Of a stretch of 64,000 nt of DNA, positions 1 to 8,592 are shown piece after piece. The translations under genes and the position numbers were made by a program. The notes under the pieces are model-generated. The model did not search any database. It saw nothing but the letters and a program-made list of their open reading frames with translations, and was not told where the DNA came from. The DNA comes from an uncultured cyanobacterium. GTDB taxonomy: Bacteria; Cyanobacteriota; Cyanobacteriia; Pseudanabaenales; Pseudanabaenaceae. The first letter of the stretch is position 1; the number at the start of each line of letters is the position of its first letter. The stretch spans positions 1,728,001-1,792,000 of the forward strand of contig OY969811.1 in the NCBI GenBank assembly GCA_963703315.1, written 5' to 3'.

Positions 1-208
1 GGTCAGTTTCTGCACCATCCTCGGTGACAAAAACTTCTCCATGCTGAAAAGGACTCATCGTACCAGGGTCAACATTGATATAAGGATCGAGCTTGAGAAT
101 TGCGATCGAATAATCCCTAGATTTAAGTAATCGTCCCAAACTTGCGGCAACGATTCCCTTCCCAATACTGGAGACAACACCGCCAGTCACAAAGATATAC
201 TTAGCCAT
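1..208 (-). CDS. pyrG: CTP synthase, N-terminal part (runs off window start)
   Basis: Manual translation from ATG at 208: [69 protein letters not shown], the canonical PyrG N-terminus. Confidence 0.97.
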   Translation of the reverse strand, partial: MAKYIFVTGGVVSSIGKGIVAASLGRLLKSRDYSIAILKLDPYINVDPGTMSPFQHGEVFVTEDGAETD

Positions 209-596
209 AAAATTTCTTGCTAGGAGTAAATGAAAACCTTCAAAAATAGCGATCGCTATTTTTTGCCATCATCAGGCTCGATAGGTTTGCTGTTATAGCG
301 ATCGTCAATTGCTTTTAGACAAATCAAAACCCAGAAGCAAGTGGCGGCGCTGTGCGCCGCTACTTGCTCCTTGATTTTTAATTTATGCTAATGCAAAGGA
401 TGACAGCTATATAGGCAGTTCTAGTCTACTCGATCATTTATAGCAATCCAAAATAGGTTGATGATTGTCCCGCAGGGACAATCATCAACCCAAAAGCTAT
501 AGCGTTTTGCAAAACAAAAAACAATCAGAGTAAGGATTTGCGCTTTTCATTTTGCCGTAGGCAAAATGAAAAGCGCTATAAGCACCAGAATCAAGA

Positions 597-1361
597 TTAG
601 TCGCCAAATCCGTGAGCGCGAATTAGATCAAAGAATTCTTTTTTCATGTGGGGGTCATGACGGAAGGAGCCACGCACAATCGAATTGACCATCTTGGTAT
701 CAGGTTCTTTAACACCGCGCCAAGTCATGCACATATGCTGAGCTTTGATCACAAAGGCTAAACCCTTAGGTTTAATCAGATTTTCGATTGTATCAGCGAC
801 CATAATCGCCGCCTCTTCTTGAATATGGGGACGGCTCATCACCCAGTCCACAATCCGATTAAATTTAGAGATGCCAATAACGCGATCGCTAGGTACAATT
901 CCAATCCATGCTTGCCCCACAATTGGCACAAAGTGATGAGAACAAGCCGATCTAACAGTGATGGGACCAAGCGTATAGATTTCGTCAAGTTCCTTGGCAT
1001 TAGGGAAGTCTGTGACCTTGGGCATGGGGTGATAGCGTCCCTTAAAGACTTCATCCACATACATCTTGGCTACTCGTCGAGCCGTTTCGTGGGTGTTGTG
1101 ATCGTTAGCAGTATCGATGATCAAAGAATCAAAAACACCTTGAAGTTTGGATTCAATTTCTTTCTTTAATTCTTCACGTTCAATATCACTAATGTGATGG
1201 GCGATTGAATCGTTGGCAAAAAAAGGATCGCCAGCCGCAATCACGCGATCGCGAATAATTTGCGAAATAGCTTTTCTGGTGGTTAGAGATTCGAGGACTT
1301 TTGCAGGTTTGGCATCATTCTCAGAAGTGGGACTTACAGGGCGAGAGATACTGATCGTCAT
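597..1361 (-). CDS. folE: GTP cyclohydrolase I
   Basis: ETARRVAKMY, SACSHHFVP (Zn ligands), GISKFNRIV, HMCMTWRGV motifs. Confidence 0.95.
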   Translation of the reverse strand: MTISISRPVSPTSENDAKPAKVLESLTTRKAISQIIRDRVIAAGDPFFANDSIAHHISDIEREELKKEIESKLQGVFDSLIIDTANDHNTHETARRVAKMYVDEVFKGRYHPMPKVTDFPNAKELDEIYTLGPITVRSACSHHFVPIVGQAWIGIVPSDRVIGISKFNRIVDWVMSRPHIQEEAAIMVADTIENLIKPKGLAFVIKAQHMCMTWRGVKEPDTKMVNSIVRGSFRHDPHMKKEFFDLIRAHGFGD

Positions 1362-1709
1362 GGTGTGATACTTATCTAGATATCCAGTGAATTAACTTAA
1401 AACGAAGGAAGCCGAATAAATGCTGAGAAAACAGTAATTAAACATCAAAATTTTTTGTTTGATTCATGCCAAATTCACCAGCATAAAAAGGTGTTTGACT
1501 ACGAATTCAAACTATAAAATTTAATATATTCTCCCATATTCGCAGATCTCTGGAAGTTATCGCTTCTCTCAATAGATTGAACTTTTTCAATCATTATTTA
1601 ACATTCCTACATAATTCTAGACTATTCCTTGGTGGCTTAAGCTCTTTGGGGTTAAGGTTCAGTTAATTCCATCCATAAGTTAGATAAATTTTAATCTTCA
1701 ATGATAGTT

Positions 1710-1777
1710 ACAGGATTATTTCTCCGCCTTCGGCGGAGAAATAATCTCTATACTTCGCTTGCTTGAAAAGCGCTATA
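1710..1777. repeat. CCGCC-GAA-GGCGG / CTTGCTTGAAAAGCGCTATA repeat family
   Basis: Related copies at about 2809-2868, 40789-40852 and 59745-59808. Confidence 0.7.
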
Positions 1778-1890
1778 TAGCCATAGCCAAGCAAGTTAAG
1801 ACATAAAACCCAAAAGAGAGGGGCGGCGCTTTGCGCCGCCCCTCTCTTTTGGGTTTTGGTTTTGTCCTAACATAGCTAACTACAGCTATA
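1776..1890. mobile_element. MITE-like palindromic element (TATAGC...GCTATA; AAACCC..GGCGGCGC-NNN-GCGCCGCC..GGGTTT core)
   Basis: Related copies at about 325-380, 16178-16212, 52785-52839 and 59087-59166. Confidence 0.7.
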
Positions 1891-2041
1891 TCTCCAGTGG
1901 ATAGGTTGCAAACTAAAATAACTATAGATAAATACTTATCAATTAAATACTTATCAATTTTTCCGAAACAAGCAAAATTTCTATGATCATGCTATTCATC
2001 TAGCCGTGACGCACGCTGTGCGTGCGTCACAGTGAGGTTCC

Positions 2042-2773
2042 TTAAAAAGTTCCTGCATTAGGCATTAGCACTAATTCGTTGATAACTGCATCGGCTGGGA
2101 GATTGACTAAGTTCATAATCGATGCGGCGACGGTAGTAGGTCGAAGCATTGCCGAACGATCAAAATTAGGTGGGACTTTATCGCCAAGCGTGTCCCATAG
2201 TGGTGTATCTACGGAACCTGGACAAATAGCCATGATCTTAATGCCATGAGATTGCTCTTCGGCAGCGATCGCTTGAGTCAAGCCCAATATGGCAAATTTA
2301 CTAGCACTATATGCGCCCCAGTTAGGAAAACCCTGCTTACCTGCGATCGAGGCAACGTTAATAATCGTGCCACTTTTTTGCGATCGCATAGTTGGCAATA
2401 CTGCTTGTAAGCTTTGAAAGACGCTAGTGACATTAAGGTCAAATAGCTTTTGCCACTCCTCTAGAGGCATCGCAATCAGTTCACCAATATAGGCACAACC
2501 TGCATTGTTAATCAAAATATCCACACCGCCCATATCAGCAACGATCGCTTGAATCTGTGCCGAAACTTCCGTAACCGCGCCTAAATCAATGGCATAACCT
2601 TTGGCTTTACTCTCGGCGGGTAACTCACTGAGCAGGCGATCGGGGTTACGGCTGACGAGACTAACCTCTGCCCCTGCTTGCAATAATCTCAAAGCGACTT
2701 CTTTGCCAATACCACTACTTGCCCCAGTAACGATCGCTTTCTTACCTATTAACTGATTTACGGTATCTGTCAT
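2042..2773 (-). CDS. Short-chain dehydrogenase/reductase (possibly a pterin/sepiapterin reductase given the folE linkage)
   Basis: TGASSGIG, NNAG and YSASK SDR motifs; co-oriented upstream of folE. Confidence 0.9.
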   Translation of the reverse strand: MTDTVNQLIGKKAIVTGASSGIGKEVALRLLQAGAEVSLVSRNPDRLLSELPAESKAKGYAIDLGAVTEVSAQIQAIVADMGGVDILINNAGCAYIGELIAMPLEEWQKLFDLNVTSVFQSLQAVLPTMRSQKSGTIINVASIAGKQGFPNWGAYSASKFAILGLTQAIAAEEQSHGIKIMAICPGSVDTPLWDTLGDKVPPNFDRSAMLRPTTVAASIMNLVNLPADAVINELVLMPNAGTF

Positions 2774-2974
2774 GGTTTAACCTAAATTTTTCTTGTCGCT
2801 AGTCATGTTATAGCGTTTCACGGTCTAAGAGGATTGTTTCCCCGCCGAAGGCTGAGAAGCAATCCTCCGCTTAGTATGAAGCTGTGGCGCACGCGCAGCG
2901 TGCGCCACAGCTTTTAGAGTTTAATATGGGAAAATGAAAAAAGATAAACCATCGATAAGCTGCTGCTAATTTTT

Positions 2975-3538
2975 ATGTCTAAAAAAGTGGGACGGAGCTT
3001 TTGGTGGCTGTGGCTAATTGCCAATACGTTGGGCAGTGCAGTTTTACCAATGCTGATTTGGCAAGATCCCTACGAAATGCGATCGCGTTTGTTTCTCAAT
3101 GAAATATTACAGGGAGTAGGCATTTCCATTGCTCAATCACTAGTCTTGCGCGATCGCTTTGCTAAAGAGGGATGGTGGCTACCCTTAACTTTAATTGGTT
3201 GGTTGTTGGGACTAACGACTATATATGTGATTCCGTTCCTATCATTAAAATCAGCATTTAATGCTAATACACCTTTACTGGTCACTTTGATACTTGACTT
3301 TAGTACTATTGGCTTAATCGTGGGGATATGCCAATGGCAATTACTCAAAAATTTTCGGGCGGCAGGGTTGTGGCTATTTGCTAGTGTGATTGCCTTGCTC
3401 CTCAGTACATACGGTTTATTTCTCGGATATATAGCAGGTTCAATGGTCTTGGCTAGTGCCTTACAAGGAGCCATCTATGGAGCCATCACAGGATTAGCAA
3501 TGATTAAAGTCTTGCGATCGCCAAAAGTTAAAAAATAA
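2975..3538 (+). CDS. Integral membrane hypothetical protein
   Basis: 187-aa ORF with about 6 hydrophobic segments and repeated Q(W/S)xxL...WW/WL motifs. Confidence 0.75.
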   Translation: MSKKVGRSFWWLWLIANTLGSAVLPMLIWQDPYEMRSRLFLNEILQGVGISIAQSLVLRDRFAKEGWWLPLTLIGWLLGLTTIYVIPFLSLKSAFNANTPLLVTLILDFSTIGLIVGICQWQLLKNFRAAGLWLFASVIALLLSTYGLFLGYIAGSMVLASALQGAIYGAITGLAMIKVLRSPKVKK

Positions 3539-3576
3539 AGAAAGTTAAAAGATAAAGGCGGCGCTTTTCTCCACCT

Positions 3577-4092
3577 TTATCTTGGGGATGTACTCTCTAC
3601 AAAGCGTAAATCCCTTTTTAAAAAAGTGTGTTCCCCCGTATCGGTGTCTACTGTCGCCCGAATGAGACTAGTTTTAGTAACCAATAACTTTGCCATGTAG
3701 TAAGGACTATCAGGCTCTAGGATCAATACGCGATCGCCTACTTGCAACGGTCGAATTGTGGGGATGGGCATAGCTTTGGAGATGTTTACATCTGAGTCAA
3801 GATTACTAGTTGGTAAAGTCTCAACTGATTCGGAGGATGAAACTCGATCTTTGATTAAGCTTTCCACATATAGCTTGAGCTTTTGTTCTAAAGCCAATTC
3901 TAGATCCGCAAATCGATCTTGTTCCTCCTGTGGTGTAGTTATTTCACCTAAAATTTGTGTTAAGCCCTGAATTACTAACTCCGTTTCTGTTTTGCCAGTT
4001 AGGTGGACTTTTTCTAGTAAAGCTGCATAGAGTTCACTAGATAGCTCAATTGTTAATGTGTGATTAGTGTGATGTCTAACAGATCGTTCCAT
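3577..4092 (-). CDS. Hypothetical protein (RHH-like N-terminus, KOW/SH3-like C-terminus)
   Basis: Likely start MERSVRHH at 4092; LTIELSSELYAAL..TGKTETELV resembles a ribbon-helix-helix; LQVGDRVLI resembles KOW. Confidence 0.65.
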   Translation of the reverse strand: MERSVRHHTNHTLTIELSSELYAALLEKVHLTGKTETELVIQGLTQILGEITTPQEEQDRFADLELALEQKLKLYVESLIKDRVSSSESVETLPTSNLDSDVNISKAMPIPTIRPLQVGDRVLILEPDSPYYMAKLLVTKTSLIRATVDTDTGEHTFLKRDLRFVESTSPR

Positions 4093-4183
4093 TGTAAGTA
4101 TTCTTGATAAGATGATGAGTGGCTGTGAAACAAATATTATGTCCAGTCTAAATCCCAAGTCAAAAGGTAATATAGGAAACTCT

Positions 4184-4636
4184 ATGTCTGTCGAAGTCGG
4201 TCAAAAAGCTCCAGATTTTACTTTACCTAGCGATCGCGGTGATATTACCCTCAGCCGCTATCAGGGTAAAACAAATGTTGTACTTGCCTTCTATCCAGGT
4301 GACTTTTCGCCGCTTTGTACAAGTGAAATGCAATGTTTTGCCGATGATTGGACAAAATTTCGCGAAGCTGGTGCTGAAATTCTTGGTATAAGCACTGACC
4401 CTATCGAGAAACATATTGAGTTTTCCAAAAAGTTGGGTTTGCAGTTTCCGTTACTTAGCGATCGCAACCAAGAGGTTTGCAAAAAGTATGGAGTCGCGGG
4501 TTTGTTTGGGAGCAAACGTGCCTATTGTATTATCGATATTCATGGCATCGTTCGGTACAAGCATATTGAATTTTTGCCTGTTTTCAAACGGGAAGATTCG
4601 GAACTCTTGGTGGTATTAAGAAGTCTCAAATCTTAA
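4184..4636 (+). CDS. Peroxiredoxin (BCP/AhpE-like)
   Basis: VGQKAPDFTL, FYPGDFSPLCTSE peroxidatic Cys motif; start at MSVEVG preceded by AGGA. Confidence 0.9.
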   Translation: MSVEVGQKAPDFTLPSDRGDITLSRYQGKTNVVLAFYPGDFSPLCTSEMQCFADDWTKFREAGAEILGISTDPIEKHIEFSKKLGLQFPLLSDRNQEVCKKYGVAGLFGSKRAYCIIDIHGIVRYKHIEFLPVFKREDSELLVVLRSLKS

Positions 4637-4703
4637 GATTGCAAGATGAGCAGTGACTGATACTCCTCATCTTCATCTCAAAAATCAGTTTGGGATGCTA
4701 CCT

Positions 4704-5084
4704 ATGAAATCCGTAAAAATTTATTCTCTGATCCTTGCAGCGACAAGCACCCTAATTACCTTCACTCCCCAATTCGCTCCCAAGGCGATCGCCCAATCTG
4801 TGACTGATCAAAGCTGTGTTGCCGATATTATCGGTGAAGATATTGGCTCACAGGTAAATATCCGATCAGGGGCAGGCACTATTTTTAATGTGATTGGTAC
4901 TGTATCTGTAGGTAATTTGGTAATTGTGGTCAATGATGACCAAGACAAAAGCGGGATTGTATCTCCATTGCGGCGCACCGATAGTCAAGGGGATGACTGG
5001 TATTTAACAACCAGATTGAGGCAAAGTCCTTATAAGGGATGGATACGAGCAGACTTCTTGCAATTAAGGTGTCCGAATCCATAA
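4704..5084 (+). CDS. Secreted bacterial SH3-domain protein
   Basis: Signal peptide (..APKAIAQ), VNIRSGAGT..VIG and KGWIRADFL SH3b motifs. Confidence 0.8.
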   Translation: MKSVKIYSLILAATSTLITFTPQFAPKAIAQSVTDQSCVADIIGEDIGSQVNIRSGAGTIFNVIGTVSVGNLVIVVNDDQDKSGIVSPLRRTDSQGDDWYLTTRLRQSPYKGWIRADFLQLRCPNP

Positions 5085-5141
5085 AAGCAGAGGGAGCGCA
5101 TAGCGCTCCCTCTGCTTTTATGGATTCGGACAAAAGTCTTA

Positions 5142-5224
5142 ACCCCCTTTAATTCCCCCTTTGTAAGGGGGAAACCTAGAAATTTAATTCCCTCCCCTTG
5201 TAAAGGGGAGGGCTAGGGAGGGGT
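5142..5224. repeat. C/G-rich dispersed repeat (TCCCCCTT-NNN-AAGGGGGA hairpin units)
   Basis: Near reverse-complement copy at about 12613-12696. Confidence 0.8.
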
Positions 5225-5910
5225 TATGGATTGCGATGTTTCAAGATAAATTCTGCGATCGCTAAGTCTTGCCGAGTTGTCACTTTGAGATTAGTTTCTT
5301 CACCCACGACAATTTGTACTGCCAATCCTACCTTCTCAAATAGGGCTGCGTCATCAGTCACTTCCCAACCTAACTCAACGGCGGTGCGGTGAGCATTTTT
5401 GAGTAAATCCGTGTGAAAACCCTGTGGAGTTTGGGCTGCCCAAAGATGGTCACGATTGGGAGTATCGACAATCGTTAGACCATTGGCAACTTTGATTGTG
5501 TCCGTGACAGGCATAGCGGCGATAAAACCCTGCATTGTTTGTAAGGCTTGATCACATCGGTCAAATAACTTTGATGTTACTAAACACCTTGCCCCATCGT
5601 GAATGAGAACGCGATCGCCTGCCGACGGTAGAGCGTTTAAACCATTAAATACTGATGCTTGACGAGTATCTCCACCTTGGATCAGTCGAATTGGTTTCGT
5701 TGATTTAAGCGTATTAAAAATTTTTTGAAATTCTGGATAGTCGTGGGGTTGGGCAATTACCCCAATCCACGCAATTGCTTGAGAGGCGATCGCTGCTTCT
5801 AAAGTCCATTGCAAAATTGGCTTACCAAGTACGGGTAGCAGCAACTTATTGCGATCGGCTCCCATGCGTCTACCACTACCCGCCGCAGGAATTAATAAAT
5901 GACAGGTCAT
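5224..5910 (-). CDS. ispD: 2-C-methyl-D-erythritol 4-phosphate cytidylyltransferase
   Basis: PAAGSGRRMG, GGDTRQASV, IHDGAR, AAQTPQGF, VTDDA, NLKVTT. Confidence 0.97.
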   Translation of the reverse strand: MTCHLLIPAAGSGRRMGADRNKLLLPVLGKPILQWTLEAAIASQAIAWIGVIAQPHDYPEFQKIFNTLKSTKPIRLIQGGDTRQASVFNGLNALPSAGDRVLIHDGARCLVTSKLFDRCDQALQTMQGFIAAMPVTDTIKVANGLTIVDTPNRDHLWAAQTPQGFHTDLLKNAHRTAVELGWEVTDDAALFEKVGLAVQIVVGEETNLKVTTRQDLAIAEFILKHRNP

Positions 5911-5913
5911 AGA

Positions 5914-6132
5914 TTAGTCAGCCAGATGCCACCAACCAAAGGCGGGACCAATAAAGCGAATCGTGATCCAGATGACTACCATTGCCCCAATGCCATACCA
6001 AGCACCTTGGGTAGAAACTGCTACAAATTTGGCAGCCTTGTCTTTGGTCAAAAAAGGTATCCAAGAAGCGATCGGCTCAGACTGACCATACTCATCTCCT
6101 AATACCTGCTTACGCCGCTTTGACTCGCCCAT
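5914..6132 (-). CDS. Small conserved cyanobacterial membrane protein (DUF2839-like)
   Basis: MGESKRRK...RFIGPAFGWW pattern; 3 bp upstream of ispD. Confidence 0.8.
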   Translation of the reverse strand: MGESKRRKQVLGDEYGQSEPIASWIPFLTKDKAAKFVAVSTQGAWYGIGAMVVIWITIRFIGPAFGWWHLAD

Positions 6133-6201
6133 AATTTGTACTCCTAAGCTAATAAGTTAATCTAATCGTATCACCTCTAAATGCAGGGCGAATCGTTACA
6201 T

Positions 6202-7530
6202 TTAGAGTAAATCCCAATGGGTAAAAGGCTTGGCATTTGCCCCTGCATAGTCCGCCACAATATGACCATTACCCACTAGACGATATTTGTAGGTAACGAG
6301 TCCTTCTAAACCAACTGGTCCGCGTGGAGGCATTTTATTTGTACTGATGCCCACCTCTGCGCCAAAGCCATAACGGAAACCATCGGCAAATCGGGTCGAG
6401 CAGTTGTGATACACACCCGCCGCATCCACATCACTGGTAAAAATATCGGCAACTTCTTGATCTTCTGTGACGATCGCCTCCGTATGTTTGGAACCGTAAG
6501 TAGTGATATGGGCGATCGCTGCTTCTAAAGTATCAACGATTTTAATAGATAGAATTAAATCCGAATATTCTGTTGACCAGTCTGATTCAGTGGCAGGCTG
6601 CACATCAATAATTTTTTGAGTGCGATCGCATCCTAATAATTTAACGCCTTGTTCTTGGAAAGCAGCTAAAACTAAAGGAAGGAATTGAGAGGCGATCGCA
6701 CTATGGACTAGTAAAGTCTCGATCGCATTGCAAGCCGCGGGATATTGAGTTTTGCTATCAACGGCGATCGCTACAGCTTTGTTGAGATCTGCCGCCGCAT
6801 CGACATACAAATGACAAATGCCATCGGCATGACCGAGAACGGGAATATTGGTATTGTCTTGGATATAGCGCACAAATTGATTGGAACCTCTAGGAATAAT
6901 CAGGTCAATCAATCTATCCATTTTCAAAATTGCTAATGTCTCTGCACGGGTGGTTAATAACTGCACCACATAAGGCGATACGCCTTGAGTTTCTGCATAT
7001 AACTTCTCTAGAGCATCACGCATGACTGCGGCGATCGCCTCACAGGAGTTGACCGCTTCACTTCCACCTTTGAGAATGACTCCATTTCCAGACTTAATGC
7101 CTAGTGCCGCAATTTGGGTCACCGCATCGGGACGTGCTTCAAAAATCACACCGATTACCCCCAAAGGACAAGACAAACGCTCTAATACTAAACCTGCGTC
7201 TAGTTCTCGATGAATTTGGCGATCGCCAATTGGGTCAGCAAGGCGAATTACATCGCGCACCCCTGCGATCATGCTTTTGATTTTGTTAGTATCCAGCTTG
7301 AGACGAGCAATCAAGGCGCTAGGCAACTGAGCAGCATTAGCCGCGATCAAATCCTTTTGATTTGCTGCCAAAATTGTCTCTGAATTTTGCTCTAAAGCGA
7401 TCGCGATCGCTTCTAGGGCAGCATTTTTGGTGGCAGTTGGCAATTTGGCTAGGGCGATCGCGGCGGTGCGAGTGCGTTGGATTGATGCTGCGAGGTTTTC
7501 TGCCAAATTTATAGATATGTTCCCAGACAC
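6202..7530 (-). CDS. proA: Gamma-glutamyl phosphate reductase
   Basis: [59 protein letters not shown]. Confidence 0.97.
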   Translation of the reverse strand: MSGNISINLAENLAASIQRTRTAAIALAKLPTATKNAALEAIAIALEQNSETILAANQKDLIAANAAQLPSALIARLKLDTNKIKSMIAGVRDVIRLADPIGDRQIHRELDAGLVLERLSCPLGVIGVIFEARPDAVTQIAALGIKSGNGVILKGGSEAVNSCEAIAAVMRDALEKLYAETQGVSPYVVQLLTTRAETLAILKMDRLIDLIIPRGSNQFVRYIQDNTNIPVLGHADGICHLYVDAAADLNKAVAIAVDSKTQYPAACNAIETLLVHSAIASQFLPLVLAAFQEQGVKLLGCDRTQKIIDVQPATESDWSTEYSDLILSIKIVDTLEAAIAHITTYGSKHTEAIVTEDQEVADIFTSDVDAAGVYHNCSTRFADGFRYGFGAEVGISTNKMPPRGPVGLEGLVTYKYRLVGNGHIVADYAGANAKPFTHWDLL

Positions 7531-7652
7531 TTGATTCTCTATCTCTTTTCGTGGATTGCTTTGGTGCAGAGATCTGATTAAGTCAGACTAGTAAATCTCT
7601 ACCATTTCGCTATCTTAATACGAAACACTAAAGTGTAGGGCGATCGCCATCT

Positions 7653-7674
7653 TATATAACAATATTGTGATATA
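7653..7674. promoter_or_regulatory. Palindromic operator upstream of the TA remnant/antitoxin
   Basis: TATATAACAAT-ATTGTGATATA, 10/11 inverted repeat about 30 bp before the remnant GTG. Confidence 0.55.
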
Positions 7675-7703
7675 CTGCAATAAAATTATCTTAGTGATTA
7701 AGT

Positions 7704-7759
7704 GTGCCAGAAGCGCAAGTTGTTTTCTATCAAGTCAAGAGGATGTAGATAATGGCTAA
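7704..7759 (+). pseudogene. Internally deleted RelE/HigB-type toxin remnant
   Basis: GTG-PEAQVVFYQ joined out of frame to QEDVDNG*, which overlaps the antitoxin ATG. Confidence 0.5.
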
Positions 7760-8066
7760 GACTAGTGATGCGTTGAAGATTATTGATAATTTGACTGGGG
7801 ATGATCCTGAACTTGAGGAAATGGTGAGAGAAGCTTCGCTTAATGCTGTGGTTGCTCAACTTATTTATGAGGCAAGGATTTCAAGAGGGTTAACTCAGAA
7901 ACAACTTGCCGATCGCATTGGTACAAAACAATCGGCGATCGCTAGACTTGAGGATGCTGATTATGATGGTCATTCGCTTTCGATGTTACAAAAGGTTGCT
8001 AGCGCTCTGAATCAACGGATTGAGATTAAGTTATCGGCGATCGAGCCTGAGAAGACTTTAGTTTAA
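7752..8066 (+). CDS. XRE-family HTH protein (HigA-like antitoxin)
   Basis: ARISRGLTQKQLADRIGTKQSAIARLEDADYDGHSLSML. Confidence 0.88.
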   Translation: MAKTSDALKIIDNLTGDDPELEEMVREASLNAVVAQLIYEARISRGLTQKQLADRIGTKQSAIARLEDADYDGHSLSMLQKVASALNQRIEIKLSAIEPEKTLV

Positions 8067-8136
8067 ACAAGTCGTCTTGCAAGAATTAGTTTTAGAGCAA
8101 GCAGTCAGAGAGTACTTGCTCTAAGGTTTTTACCTT

Positions 8137-8367
8137 TTACTTTTTGTCTGAGGATGGGCTGATGATGACGCGCACCAAAACTGCAAAGGCGAGAATTATG
8201 CTGACTGTTGGGTTGCTGACGATCGCAGGAATTGTATTGGATGCGTCAACGGGTGTTGTTGATGGTGTGGATGCGATCGCAGTTTGTTTGGTGTTTGCGG
8301 GTGCGTTATCAGTTACGTTATCAACTTTAGAGATCGCTTGAGTGGTGACTTGTTTTTGGACTGACAT
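8137..8367 (-). CDS. Small hypothetical protein with a C-terminal hydrophobic segment
   Basis: ATG start, T/S/P-rich body, IILAFAVLVRVII helix; divergent from the NACHT gene. Confidence 0.55.
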   Translation of the reverse strand: MSVQKQVTTQAISKVDNVTDNAPANTKQTAIASTPSTTPVDASNTIPAIVSNPTVSIILAFAVLVRVIISPSSDKK

Positions 8368-8592
8368 AATTTTTTGTTCCGAATTAAACTATGCCAACAC
8401 TATGAAATATGGCTGCTTGAGCGACTTTGCGTGACTTGCGTGGGCTTGTTGCTACGTTGACGGGCTTTTCGCTCAGCCCTCGATCAATTGGCTCAATCCT
8501 CGATCGCTTCGTTGGGTGAGCGGAGCCGAACCCAGATTTTGCGTGACTTTGAAAAAATGCCAAAATAGTTTTTAGATGGTTGAGGATTAGCA

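Noticed and set aside
1929..1958. 15-bp tandem duplication TAAATACTTATCAAT twice
   Set aside because: Only two copies in AT-rich DNA; most simply a slippage duplication with no supportable function.
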